Of a stretch of 64,000 nucleotides of DNA, positions 38,201 through 45,497 are shown piece by piece (position 1 is the stretch's first letter; each line of letters begins with the position of its first letter). The DNA is from a virus. Below the pieces are notes generated by a model, which saw only the letters and a program-made list of their open reading frames with translations, had not been told where the DNA came from and did not search any database. The stretch covers positions 1-64,000 of the IMG/VR virus record IMGVR_UViG_3300020470_000460; one strand, written 5' to 3'. A program made the translations under genes and the position numbers.

Positions 38201-38792
38201 GTGCAATCTGTGCTAAGTCATCACGATAGTATACTCCAGTATTATCACCATCAAAGAATGACTGTTGCCAGAAATAGCAACCACCAGTTAGTTTGAATAT
38301 ACCAGCAGGGACTGGTTCGTTAGCAGCAGTTATGCCCAGTGATCCTTGTACTGTAGGATAAGGTACATACTTAGGTACAATTTTCGTTCTTCTAAGGTCA
38401 GATCCGACGACGGAACAACCTCTGGGGACGACAATGCCACCACGAGTCGAATTGAATTTATAAAGTTCGTTAGAAGCACTGGTCAGATCAAAGTTGGTAT
38501 TCTCATTAAATGGTTGGATCTGGTTATAGTCTGATATACCAGGTCTGTTATCTACCACATATTCTGATGGATAGAGATAGATACTGAATGCGTCGAATTC
38601 GTCGTTTGAAAGACCAACTCTATATGAAAATCGTGCTACCTCAAGGAAAGCACGTTGTAACGTCTTAAAAGGACGCAAAGCAGAGTTACCTCGGTTATCG
38701 TATGCATCCGATGCATCAAAATCGTCGGGGTTAACGTAGATAATACGTCCTGTCCTCGACGTAATGATATTTTTAAGACGAGTAAGTGCCAT
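35220..38792 (-). CDS. virion structural protein (beta-helix/pectin-lyase-like tail spike or fibre)
   Basis: MALTRLKN..GRIIYVNP..DA.D...N.G.S..RPFKT.QRA; G.DLRRTKI; SITNSNSNFG; late promoter at 38814. Confidence 0.8.
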   Translation of the reverse strand: MALTRLKNIITSRTGRIIYVNPDDFDASDAYDNRGNSALRPFKTLQRAFLEVARFSYRVGLSNDEFDAFSIYLYPSEYVVDNRPGISDYNQIQPFNENTNFDLTSASNELYKFNSTRGGIVVPRGCSVVGSDLRRTKIVPKYVPYPTVQGSLGITAANEPVPAGIFKLTGGCYFWQQSFFDGDNTGVYYRDDLAQIAPNFSHHKLTCFEFANVEDLELYYQKISKGYAVIPDTSGIVSQDQMQARVEENRIVGPISDEFAVSQIIRNGQTATAFTVDELGNPKNHGFSVGVAVNISGVTGPTDQDALLYNGSFLVTSAQGNQFTYQMSSEPSGNALGNNVLVKVEIDTVDSASPYVFNCSLRSVWGINGMHADGSQATGFKSMVVAQFTGISLQKDDRAFVIYNQTTGAYEPQAAGSGAHINGLAKYRKGWRHRHIYASNDAFIQVVSVFAVGFGDHFFADSGGDLSITNSNSNFGNTSLRSKGFKSAAFTKDKAGQVTHVIPPKSLSDVSEISINWVTIDINKTKSVADPTKLFLYGYTVETGKPPAKVQGYTVGARRDDVNTPDRLYVLLIASGASEPTTHYADISPSGPLVTGTKAGDDDNPVKWDSVNSQWYLQVDGSANTIYTTLQANSIYQNLGFTPTTFIRRVPDARNLVDRIYRYRYVLDKDAFPVPRAPITGFVVQPRSSETNSPAYTKAYYIYAVETHQTFVKGVTDGIYYLTLLNASVAPSTSNFNDFAFSQAVVDLYPAFDRDNPVADPSAAVSIASNETLGVVTTTDGASPTPNEDTQRSLTKETSQFFLLETENNLGYNTTSNVLNGISVTARLGDAEERKIALKLNADNSVQPLLCELRRYSILRASGHTFEYLGFGPGNYSTAFPSTQVEVLTPAQVRLSQSLKESAGVAYYSGVNSDGELFVGNQVINPVTGQITNEDIAQLNVLGEEGTTIETFSEIVLTDKLTVIGGASNQLESVFSGPATFQKKITSQDTLQTLNFTLSNDDGTVLKNTFLAEDDGTGNPTVTAGSAFNTGDICYNVDWTPGTYLGWIYDSGTWYKFGLSDTAPITSNRFSGVTHYGIGEAPDALNRMRITGNVAITGDIDVTGKYGCADKYTLATGVTNSNNGVMYTGNGVATSFAISPGHTAYSLLVFLNGVAQVPGVDYTVTANSVDFSVGTTPQTGDNIQIRELVI

Positions 38793-38827
38793 TTATTTGT
38801 AAACCTTACCTAGTATTTAGTAGGTGT

Positions 38828-41014
38828 TTAACCACCTGATTGTATCTTGGTCATGTTGATAACTTCATAGTCATCAGATGTTGTCTCAAATCCATTAAGG
38901 ACGTAACTAATATCACCCGCTGAAGAATAAACAAGTAGATTCTGACCAGGACCCACTATAATAGAGGTATTCTTATCGGTAGTATTTGCTGCTAAAGCAT
39001 TATCATATAAGAAATAATCTTCTGCTGAATACAGACCAGTTTGATCTGTATGAATGCCAGTACTGATAGTTGCCACATCAAATGTTAGTGCAGCACCACC
39101 TCCACCTCCTAACTGGGAGTCATTAATAGTAAGGGTATCAGATACAGCATGACCATATCCACCATCTATGACAGTGATAGTCGCTGCTCCAGATCCATCA
39201 ACTACAACTGTAAACTTAGAAGTAGTTAGATTTCCAGATCCACCTGTTGCATTAGGTGAAATACTTGCATAGGTACCTGCTGTCCTTGATGCATCAGCAG
39301 CACCAATACTATTGACGGACAATGCTTTACCAGTCCTGACAGTAGTTAAAATACGAGTACCATTGTTTAATGTAGGAGTATCATAGAATGAATCATCAGC
39401 AGCAAATGCCTGTGATCCTTCTCCTATACTTACCTTCAAATGACATGATGCTGGGTACCAATCTTGGACATATCCAAAAGGTCCAGCAGTAACACCACTT
39501 GCTTGAATAGTTTGAGTAGTAGCAGATATAGTGAATGTGTCAGCAGCAGCGAGTGCTTCACCCTTCACGTCATAGATATACAACTCATTATATGAAGGGT
39601 CATCGTTAATACTTGCAACGAAACCAACACCAGTTGTAGATCCAGCAGGGGATCCATCTGCATATATGTTTAAGTTTGCAGTCGTATCAACAGTGATATC
39701 AATAGCAGTATATGCTCCACTTGAACCAGCAGTACCTACCTTGCTGACTCCAGCAGTATATTCAGTACCTGATCCGTTTGTACCTTCTACATCGTCTGCT
39801 GAGAATTTCAGTGGGTAGTTAGTACAAGTAGAATCTTCTAAGTTATACTTGTATGTCCTATTAATATCATACTGGTTAATAGTTTGTATGATATGATCTG
39901 TTGCTCCAACACTAGTCTGTGATATCACATACTTGTTATCAATTGTTGCACCCTGTGATGTAACAAAGTTTAGAGGAACAGTAGCGTTAGATGAAGATCC
40001 AGTTACAGTCTCACCTTCACTGAAATAGTTTAGAAGATAAATTCCGTTGTCTGTTAATAGAGTTACGTTAACACCATCGTTGTGGTCAACGTCAGTTGTA
40101 CCATAACGTCCTCTTACAAGACTAAGGTCATTACCATTAACTTCAGATATTTGACACAACTCGTTGTCAATTATGACAATACCACCAGATGTAAATCCAG
40201 TAGAGTTAGCAACTGTTAAAACTGTATCACCAGCAACATAAGTCGCACCTTCAGCAATAGTTGAAACAGTAGCAGAAGCAGACCAAGCATTAATCTGACT
40301 ACCAGCAGGAATGGCAGCAGCAGTTGTACCCAGTTGTCCTCTTGTTATCTGTAACACATTGGTAGTAGTGTTAATACCAGAGTTGTTAATAGTTGAAACT
40401 TCACCACCTTGTAATGTACTAGGATCTGTGCCAATGGTTAGATACATACCATCTGCTAGACCTGTTGTCCTTGAGATGTTTACAGTTGTACCACCAGCAG
40501 CAATGTCTGCATACTCAGTCCAAACACCAATAGTAGCATTCATTCCCCTGAATGTTGCTGTGAAACCTGAAGTTGCTCCAGTTAATGTCTCACCACCAGT
40601 GAATGTACCTGCTTGGTTATCTCCATCAATTGCTGTGTTACTAATAGGTAATACTTTTACAAAGTAATCTACGTCATTAGTAGGTTTAAATACATCTAAT
40701 ATGGTAGCAGTAGCACCATTAGTAGTTGTAAATGTAGTACCTGGGATTGCTGCTGAATCTTGGAATCCAGGTTCCACGTTAATCTTGTATGCTGAAATAG
40801 GGTTACCCTTAGCAAATTTATATGTAGAGGTATTCGCTCCATCTAAATGCAACACTTGCTCATAATCACGAAGTGCTGCTCTGTATGCTAAGGCACCTGC
40901 TGTTTGGTTGCAAACATTCAAGACTGAACTTGCACTCCTAGTGATCGGTGTCCTATACAGAACTGTATTTGTAGTTGCACCAGGCTTGCTGGCGGCTAAT
41001 CTTCCTGCTGTCAT
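38828..41014 (-). CDS. virion structural protein
   Basis: MTAGRLAA..P.ATTNT.LY; RG..GTT repeats; Thr/Gly/Ser-rich. Confidence 0.75.
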   Translation of the reverse strand: MTAGRLAASKPGATTNTVLYRTPITRSASSVLNVCNQTAGALAYRAALRDYEQVLHLDGANTSTYKFAKGNPISAYKINVEPGFQDSAAIPGTTFTTTNGATATILDVFKPTNDVDYFVKVLPISNTAIDGDNQAGTFTGGETLTGATSGFTATFRGMNATIGVWTEYADIAAGGTTVNISRTTGLADGMYLTIGTDPSTLQGGEVSTINNSGINTTTNVLQITRGQLGTTAAAIPAGSQINAWSASATVSTIAEGATYVAGDTVLTVANSTGFTSGGIVIIDNELCQISEVNGNDLSLVRGRYGTTDVDHNDGVNVTLLTDNGIYLLNYFSEGETVTGSSSNATVPLNFVTSQGATIDNKYVISQTSVGATDHIIQTINQYDINRTYKYNLEDSTCTNYPLKFSADDVEGTNGSGTEYTAGVSKVGTAGSSGAYTAIDITVDTTANLNIYADGSPAGSTTGVGFVASINDDPSYNELYIYDVKGEALAAADTFTISATTQTIQASGVTAGPFGYVQDWYPASCHLKVSIGEGSQAFAADDSFYDTPTLNNGTRILTTVRTGKALSVNSIGAADASRTAGTYASISPNATGGSGNLTTSKFTVVVDGSGAATITVIDGGYGHAVSDTLTINDSQLGGGGGAALTFDVATISTGIHTDQTGLYSAEDYFLYDNALAANTTDKNTSIIVGPGQNLLVYSSAGDISYVLNGFETTSDDYEVINMTKIQSGG

Positions 41015-41015
41015 T

Positions 41016-42359
41016 TTACCATCCAGACATAAAGTGTTGTTGTATTCTTAGTTGTCCTCCTAGGACAGGGGCTGCGAGTGCTCCACCGAATGTAATAGCA
41101 ACTTCACTAATGTTGTTAGTTGAAAGTAATGTTGCATCGGCATTTGGGAATTGAATTGTAACACTTTCGTTAATGTTACTAGTATCAATCGTGACGATTC
41201 CGTTAAGGTCGTCAGGATTATTTATCTTCATCAATTCCATCGTCTTGTTAGTCAGAGTCTGGGTCTTCTTCTCTGAAACAAGTATATTAGGATCAGAACC
41301 ATTATTCAATGGTGCTGTAACCTCATTATCTGGGAAACTAAAGACGTATGTCTGGTTATCCTCTATATTTGATAGATCGAATTGAATCTTTCTACCTTCT
41401 CCATCTGCGACATCAGTATCACAGAATACTGCACCTTTATAGACCTTATTAGATACAGTTTGAGCTGATGCTTCACCAACCACCTTAATGTTAAGGTCTG
41501 GCCATATCACAGTACGATCCTGCGTTAATTGTGAAGAATCAAATATTACATACCTGGTAGGGTTATTCTCATCATTTGAAGGGGTATTTGAGAATGTGGG
41601 GTTAACCAAGTTTTTATTAAAGACATTCTGCTCAGTAATGTCATCAAGTAGCGTAGATTGTGTATTAGCAGCACCAAAGTCAGGTAGTTTGTATGTGTGA
41701 GCACCTGGTGATTCCCATGCGTCAGTCTCAAACTTAGCAATCTTTGATGTATCTGTAGATCCAGTAATCTGTAACTCACTGTCCTTAATAAGGATAGTCT
41801 TGTTAGTTAAGGTCTGGAATGCGTCATTAGAAACTAGAGTAGTACTTGTGTTAGTACCTACATTAGGTAAGTCAAAACGACGTGTGCCTGACTGTGTAGA
41901 AATAGTATCTACGTTGAAATGTGCTCTCTTAGCAGGGTTTTGGTCACCTGCAAGATAGAATTGTGCGTCAGTTTGAATTAAATCACCATTAACAGTTAAA
42001 TAACCACTACCCTGTGGAGTAAATTCTATACTAGAAATTGCCGATGCAGTATCAATTGCTCTAATAATTAGAGTGCTTGATCCATCGGTATTCGCTCTTC
42101 TACTGTTATAGAGTGATGCACTACCAAAAGTAATACCTATTTCATCTACTGCTGACTGGTAGATTCCCGAATCTCGGTCAAGGTCAAAAGCTAATCCTGG
42201 TTGGGTCGCTGTTCCTGCACTAAGTCCTCTAAACAGTTGGTTAATCTTGGCCTTTCTGTTTGGTATTAGTGGATCAGAAATAACGATGGGAAGGATAGCT
42301 TCACCAGTTACGAGTCCATCTGCAATAGTTTCTAACTGGGATATCCGTTTAGTTGCCAC
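41016..42359 (-). CDS. tail fibre-like structural protein
   Basis: TKRISQL, PGLAF..D.DSGIY, repeated QTLTNKT; late promoter at 42388; GTG start. Confidence 0.75.
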   Translation of the reverse strand: MATKRISQLETIADGLVTGEAILPIVISDPLIPNRKAKINQLFRGLSAGTATQPGLAFDLDRDSGIYQSAVDEIGITFGSASLYNSRRANTDGSSTLIIRAIDTASAISSIEFTPQGSGYLTVNGDLIQTDAQFYLAGDQNPAKRAHFNVDTISTQSGTRRFDLPNVGTNTSTTLVSNDAFQTLTNKTILIKDSELQITGSTDTSKIAKFETDAWESPGAHTYKLPDFGAANTQSTLLDDITEQNVFNKNLVNPTFSNTPSNDENNPTRYVIFDSSQLTQDRTVIWPDLNIKVVGEASAQTVSNKVYKGAVFCDTDVADGEGRKIQFDLSNIEDNQTYVFSFPDNEVTAPLNNGSDPNILVSEKKTQTLTNKTMELMKINNPDDLNGIVTIDTSNINESVTIQFPNADATLLSTNNISEVAITFGGALAAPVLGGQLRIQQHFMSGW

Positions 42360-42387
42360 GAAATTTCAACACAATTTGCTACAGTTT

Positions 42388-42395
42388 TATTTATA
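42388..42395 (-). promoter_or_regulatory. late promoter TATAAATA
   Basis: Exact consensus. Confidence 0.75.
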
Positions 42396-42480
42396 CTACT
42401 TACGACCTACCTTTTTCATTAGGTAAAAACTCGTAGGCAATAATTTTTGTATCATCTGTCCTGGTTCTAGGACCAAATCT

Positions 42481-42488
42481 TATAAATA
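42481..42488 (+). promoter_or_regulatory. late promoter TATAAATA (plus strand)
   Basis: Exact consensus upstream of the small plus-strand ORF. Confidence 0.7.
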
Positions 42489-42557
42489 GTGGTAGAATTA
42501 GGAACAACAAGATGAATTGAAAACTCATTTGTTATTGTTAACCAATTCGAGAAACCT

Positions 42558-42719
42558 ATGCATAACCTTAGACCGCAAAATCAATTAGCTGAGTGGAAGC
42601 ACTCTTCAGATCGTTGCTTAAACACACCACAGGATGAATTAATAGACGATTACTTCTCCTGTCTTATTGAGAGTGACAGCTATGAGCAAGAAAGACTCTG
42701 TAGACATTTGCTCTGCTAA
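42558..42719 (+). CDS. small Cys-containing protein (53 aa)
   Basis: MHNLRPQNQLAEW...DDYFSCLIE......LCRHLLC, with its own promoter and terminator. Confidence 0.75.
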   Translation: MHNLRPQNQLAEWKHSSDRCLNTPQDELIDDYFSCLIESDSYEQERLCRHLLC

Positions 42720-42780
42720 CTCTGGAGTGTTTTTATCTTTTTCCCCTATGCAACAGCGGCTATCGTTATGTGTAGTTTCT

Positions 42781-42803
42781 TACCCCCGAAAGGGGGTATT
42801 TTT
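42781..42803 (+). terminator. Rho-independent terminator with GAAA tetraloop
   Basis: TACCCCC-GAAA-GGGGGTA-TTTTT. Confidence 0.85.
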
Positions 42804-42807
42804 ATGT

Positions 42808-43002
42808 TCAATAATATTTAATTGGGTCTTGTATTTGTACCTCAATTGTATCAAATAATCTGTTTAATGAATCACTAAACTGTCTGTACCCTGATCCAAC
42901 ATATAATTGTCCAGCAAATACAGACACAGTAGCAGCACCCCAGAAGATATAGTAAAATCTACTCTTCACTTGGTTTCTTTTCTTTTCTTTCTTCAGACTC
43001 AT
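42808..43002 (-). CDS. small membrane protein
   Basis: Basic N-terminus, then FYYIFWGAATVSVFAGQLYVG transmembrane segment. Confidence 0.75.
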   Translation of the reverse strand: MSLKKEKKRNQVKSRFYYIFWGAATVSVFAGQLYVGSGYRQFSDSLNRLFDTIEVQIQDPIKYY

Positions 43003-43096
43003 TTTCCTTCATACTTTTGACTATTCTATCATAGTCCTCTGCACTGTCAACTATAGATCTTCTTAACTCTTCTAGTGACCAGTTTTCAGAATGCAT
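42959..43096 (-). CDS. small hypothetical protein (45 aa)
   Basis: MHSENWSLEELRRSIVDSAEDYDRIVK... Confidence 0.5.
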   Translation of the reverse strand: MHSENWSLEELRRSIVDSAEDYDRIVKSMKENESEERKEKKPSEE

Positions 43097-43781
43097 CTAA
43101 ATCTTTTCCGTGCTTACCCATATTTATCGGTGGCACCTTCTTAGATCTTGATATAGTTGCTTGATAGTCCTTATCAAATATCTCTAGTCCTTTATCAGTA
43201 AGGATATGATTATACATTCCTTCAAAGATCTTAGGTGGCATGGTAACTATGTGTGCACCATTCCAGAATGATCTTGATACTTTATATACGTCACGAATAG
43301 ATGCTGCAAGTATCTGTGTCTTAACTCCTTGCACTCTATAGACTTCGCTTATCGACCTAACAATCTCCAGTCCAGCAACAGAATTATCGTCCAACCTCCC
43401 AATAAAAGGAGACACGTACGTAGCACCTGCCTTTGATGCAAGTATAGCCTGAGCTGCGTTAAAAATAAGGGTGACATTTACTCTAACTCCATCATCTGAT
43501 AGTATTTTACATGCTTTTAATCCTTCTGGTGTGCATGGCACCTTGATAGTACACACTTCTTTAAATTCAGCAGAGAGTCTTCTACCCTCTCCTATCATAT
43601 CCTCTACCACTTCCATACTAATGTCAGGTACCCCTGCCAGTACTAATTCACGATAGACATCCTCTGGATCTCTACCACTCTTACGAATAAGAGATGGATT
43701 GGTAGTAACACCATCGATTAACCCTGTCTCAAAATGTTTGAGAATAGTTGGGACATCAGCAGTATCTAAAAAAATCTTCAC
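43086..43781 (-). CDS. talC: transaldolase (TalC/FSA family)
   Basis: KIFLDTAD, GVTTNPSL, IKVPCT, NVTLIF, YVSPFIGRLDD, LAASIR. Confidence 0.97.
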   Translation of the reverse strand: MKIFLDTADVPTILKHFETGLIDGVTTNPSLIRKSGRDPEDVYRELVLAGVPDISMEVVEDMIGEGRRLSAEFKEVCTIKVPCTPEGLKACKILSDDGVRVNVTLIFNAAQAILASKAGATYVSPFIGRLDDNSVAGLEIVRSISEVYRVQGVKTQILAASIRDVYKVSRSFWNGAHIVTMPPKIFEGMYNHILTDKGLEIFDKDYQATISRSKKVPPINMGKHGKDLDAF

Positions 43782-44041
43782 TCAGGAACCTCCTCCATGT
43801 TTTCAACAAATTGTTCAATTGGAAATAGCAAAGGATGACATGCTTCTGCAATTAGATACTGAGAGTATCTATACATGTCATCCATAGTATAACTCTGATT
43901 ACTAGCAGCTTCCTGCTGTATCTCTTCTATTGCCATTGGTTCTGGCAATTCATCAAAGGTAAAGGGAATACCCTGTATGTACCACATGTCTACTACCTTC
44001 TCGTTTAGGTAACAGTAGTTTCTTGTGATACGACCTTTCAT
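43778..44041 (-). CDS. hypothetical protein
   Basis: MWYIQGIPFTFDEL...S.YLI.E.CHP cyanophage-type ORF. Confidence 0.75.
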   Translation of the reverse strand: MKGRITRNYCYLNEKVVDMWYIQGIPFTFDELPEPMAIEEIQQEAASNQSYTMDDMYRYSQYLIAEACHPLLFPIEQFVENMEEVPE

Positions 44042-44298
44042 TACAACCCTTGTGTCATCTCCCGCAGAGCAGCATCCACATATGTTCGTGTTCCCACTGG
44101 ATCAGGGACGAACTCATCGGGGTTTGGAATATTTAGGTCTGGTGCTTCAGGGTCTTGAGCAACAGATGCTACTGGTGAGATAATACAGACAATACCATTG
44201 TCGGTAGTAACCTTCAAGGTATTACCCTTCTCTACCAGTCTAAGAGAAAAGGGGACGTTCTCTTGGAACTCCCCCTGTGATAGATTGATGATGTTCAT
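44041..44298 (-). CDS. Phd/YefM-like domain protein
   Basis: LSQGEFQEN....LRLVEKG....VT..NG...II.P resembles a Phd N-terminal domain. Confidence 0.5.
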   Translation of the reverse strand: MNIINLSQGEFQENVPFSLRLVEKGNTLKVTTDNGIVCIISPVASVAQDPEAPDLNIPNPDEFVPDPVGTRTYVDAALREMTQGL

Positions 44299-44498
44299 AG
44301 GTATGTGATCATTTCATCTGGGACTGTCTCACGAAAATGCTTTAGAGTTTCAGTAAACCCATCCACTCCATCTTCACTAAACTCCCACGTCACAATCTCA
44401 TCATATCCTTCATCATCCATAATCTTCACCTCTCTCTTGGCAACATTAACCCAGATATGCTCTAGGTATGTGTCCGTGTCTCCTGTTATCTTTGCCAT
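44295..44498 (-). CDS. hypothetical protein
   Basis: ORF behind the promoter at 44522. Confidence 0.7.
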   Translation of the reverse strand: MAKITGDTDTYLEHIWVNVAKREVKIMDDEGYDEIVTWEFSEDGVDGFTETLKHFRETVPDEMITYL

Positions 44499-44521
44499 GT
44501 GGATGGGTATACACTGAATCT

Positions 44522-44550
44522 ACTGTAGCACGGTTCCTAGATTTTGGCAA
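44522..44550 (-). promoter_or_regulatory. sigma70-type promoter TTGCCA-17-TACAGT
   Basis: Spacing and position. Confidence 0.55.
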
Positions 44551-45439
44551 GGAACCTGTTGTACACTCCTCTTTTCTTAAGAAAAGTGTGGTTTAGGTGA
44601 GCAGTGCTCACACTCAATTGGACTTGACCGTCTTCCTTGTCCAAGAGTCGGTCAGTAGTCAAACAAAGTAACTGATACATCATCGTTAGACGACCTTCAT
44701 TACTCATGTATGCTGCTTTACCTTCTCCTTCCCAAAAATCTACAAGATCTTTTAGAAGTGGGACACTACCATTACCTAGTACTGTATCCTCAAAGTGTTC
44801 CATGAGGATTTCGGCAGCATCACGTAAACCATTGTTAACACATAGGGTTGACCATGCTCCAATAGTCTTTCTGCTGCCAGACCAGTCAGTACAAGAAGCG
44901 AAGAAACTCGATACAATCTTATCTGACTCGATAATGTAGCTTTTCCAATATTCCCATTGATGTATCGCATTGTTAATGGTGAGTTCTTCACCTCTGCGAC
45001 GCTTTAACAGGTCTTTCATCACTGCTACATTTTCAGGTGTAGCAGACTCATCTACCCTATGGATCTCATCAATTGGTTTACGAGGTTTTGCTAGTGCACA
45101 CTTGGAGAAGCAATTTGCTTCTACCCCAGTGACAACTATAACTGTAAACAGTTCTCTTGGATCTCGTTTTGAGATTGCATTTAACCTATGCTGTGCCTCA
45201 GTGAGGTTACCTTCTTTGTTGAAGGTTATAGGTTGACCATCCAAGAGCCACCCTTGCTGATTAATATTATTACTAATCTTTTTAGCATGGGTCTTTGACA
45301 TCTTTCTGTTGTCAAAGTTGTGATACTTTAGCAGGTATTCTGCTATCTCACTGTTGATTCGACAAGTCAAGGCTTCATACACCTGTGACTTAGGGTTAAA
45401 AGGAAGAGCGATTTTGTCTTCCAGTATACTTAAGGCCAT
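44537..45439 (-). CDS. ParB/Srx-like (DGQHR-type) domain protein
   Basis: N..NR......G.W...GQPI.F...G.L.EAQHRL.A....V..G. Confidence 0.65.
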   Translation of the reverse strand: MALSILEDKIALPFNPKSQVYEALTCRINSEIAEYLLKYHNFDNRKMSKTHAKKISNNINQQGWLLDGQPITFNKEGNLTEAQHRLNAISKRDPRELFTVIVVTGVEANCFSKCALAKPRKPIDEIHRVDESATPENVAVMKDLLKRRRGEELTINNAIHQWEYWKSYIIESDKIVSSFFASCTDWSGSRKTIGAWSTLCVNNGLRDAAEILMEHFEDTVLGNGSVPLLKDLVDFWEGEGKAAYMSNEGRLTMMYQLLCLTTDRLLDKEDGQVQLSVSTAHLNHTFLKKRGVYNRFLAKI

Positions 45440-45468
45440 TTCTTACGCCATTTGTATAGGACAAATTT

Positions 45469-45497
45469 ATTCTACACTAGTTCAGCAAAACTGGCAA
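45469..45497 (-). promoter_or_regulatory. sigma70-type promoter TTGCCA-17-TAGAAT
   Basis: Spacing; upstream of the ATG at 45439. Confidence 0.6.
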
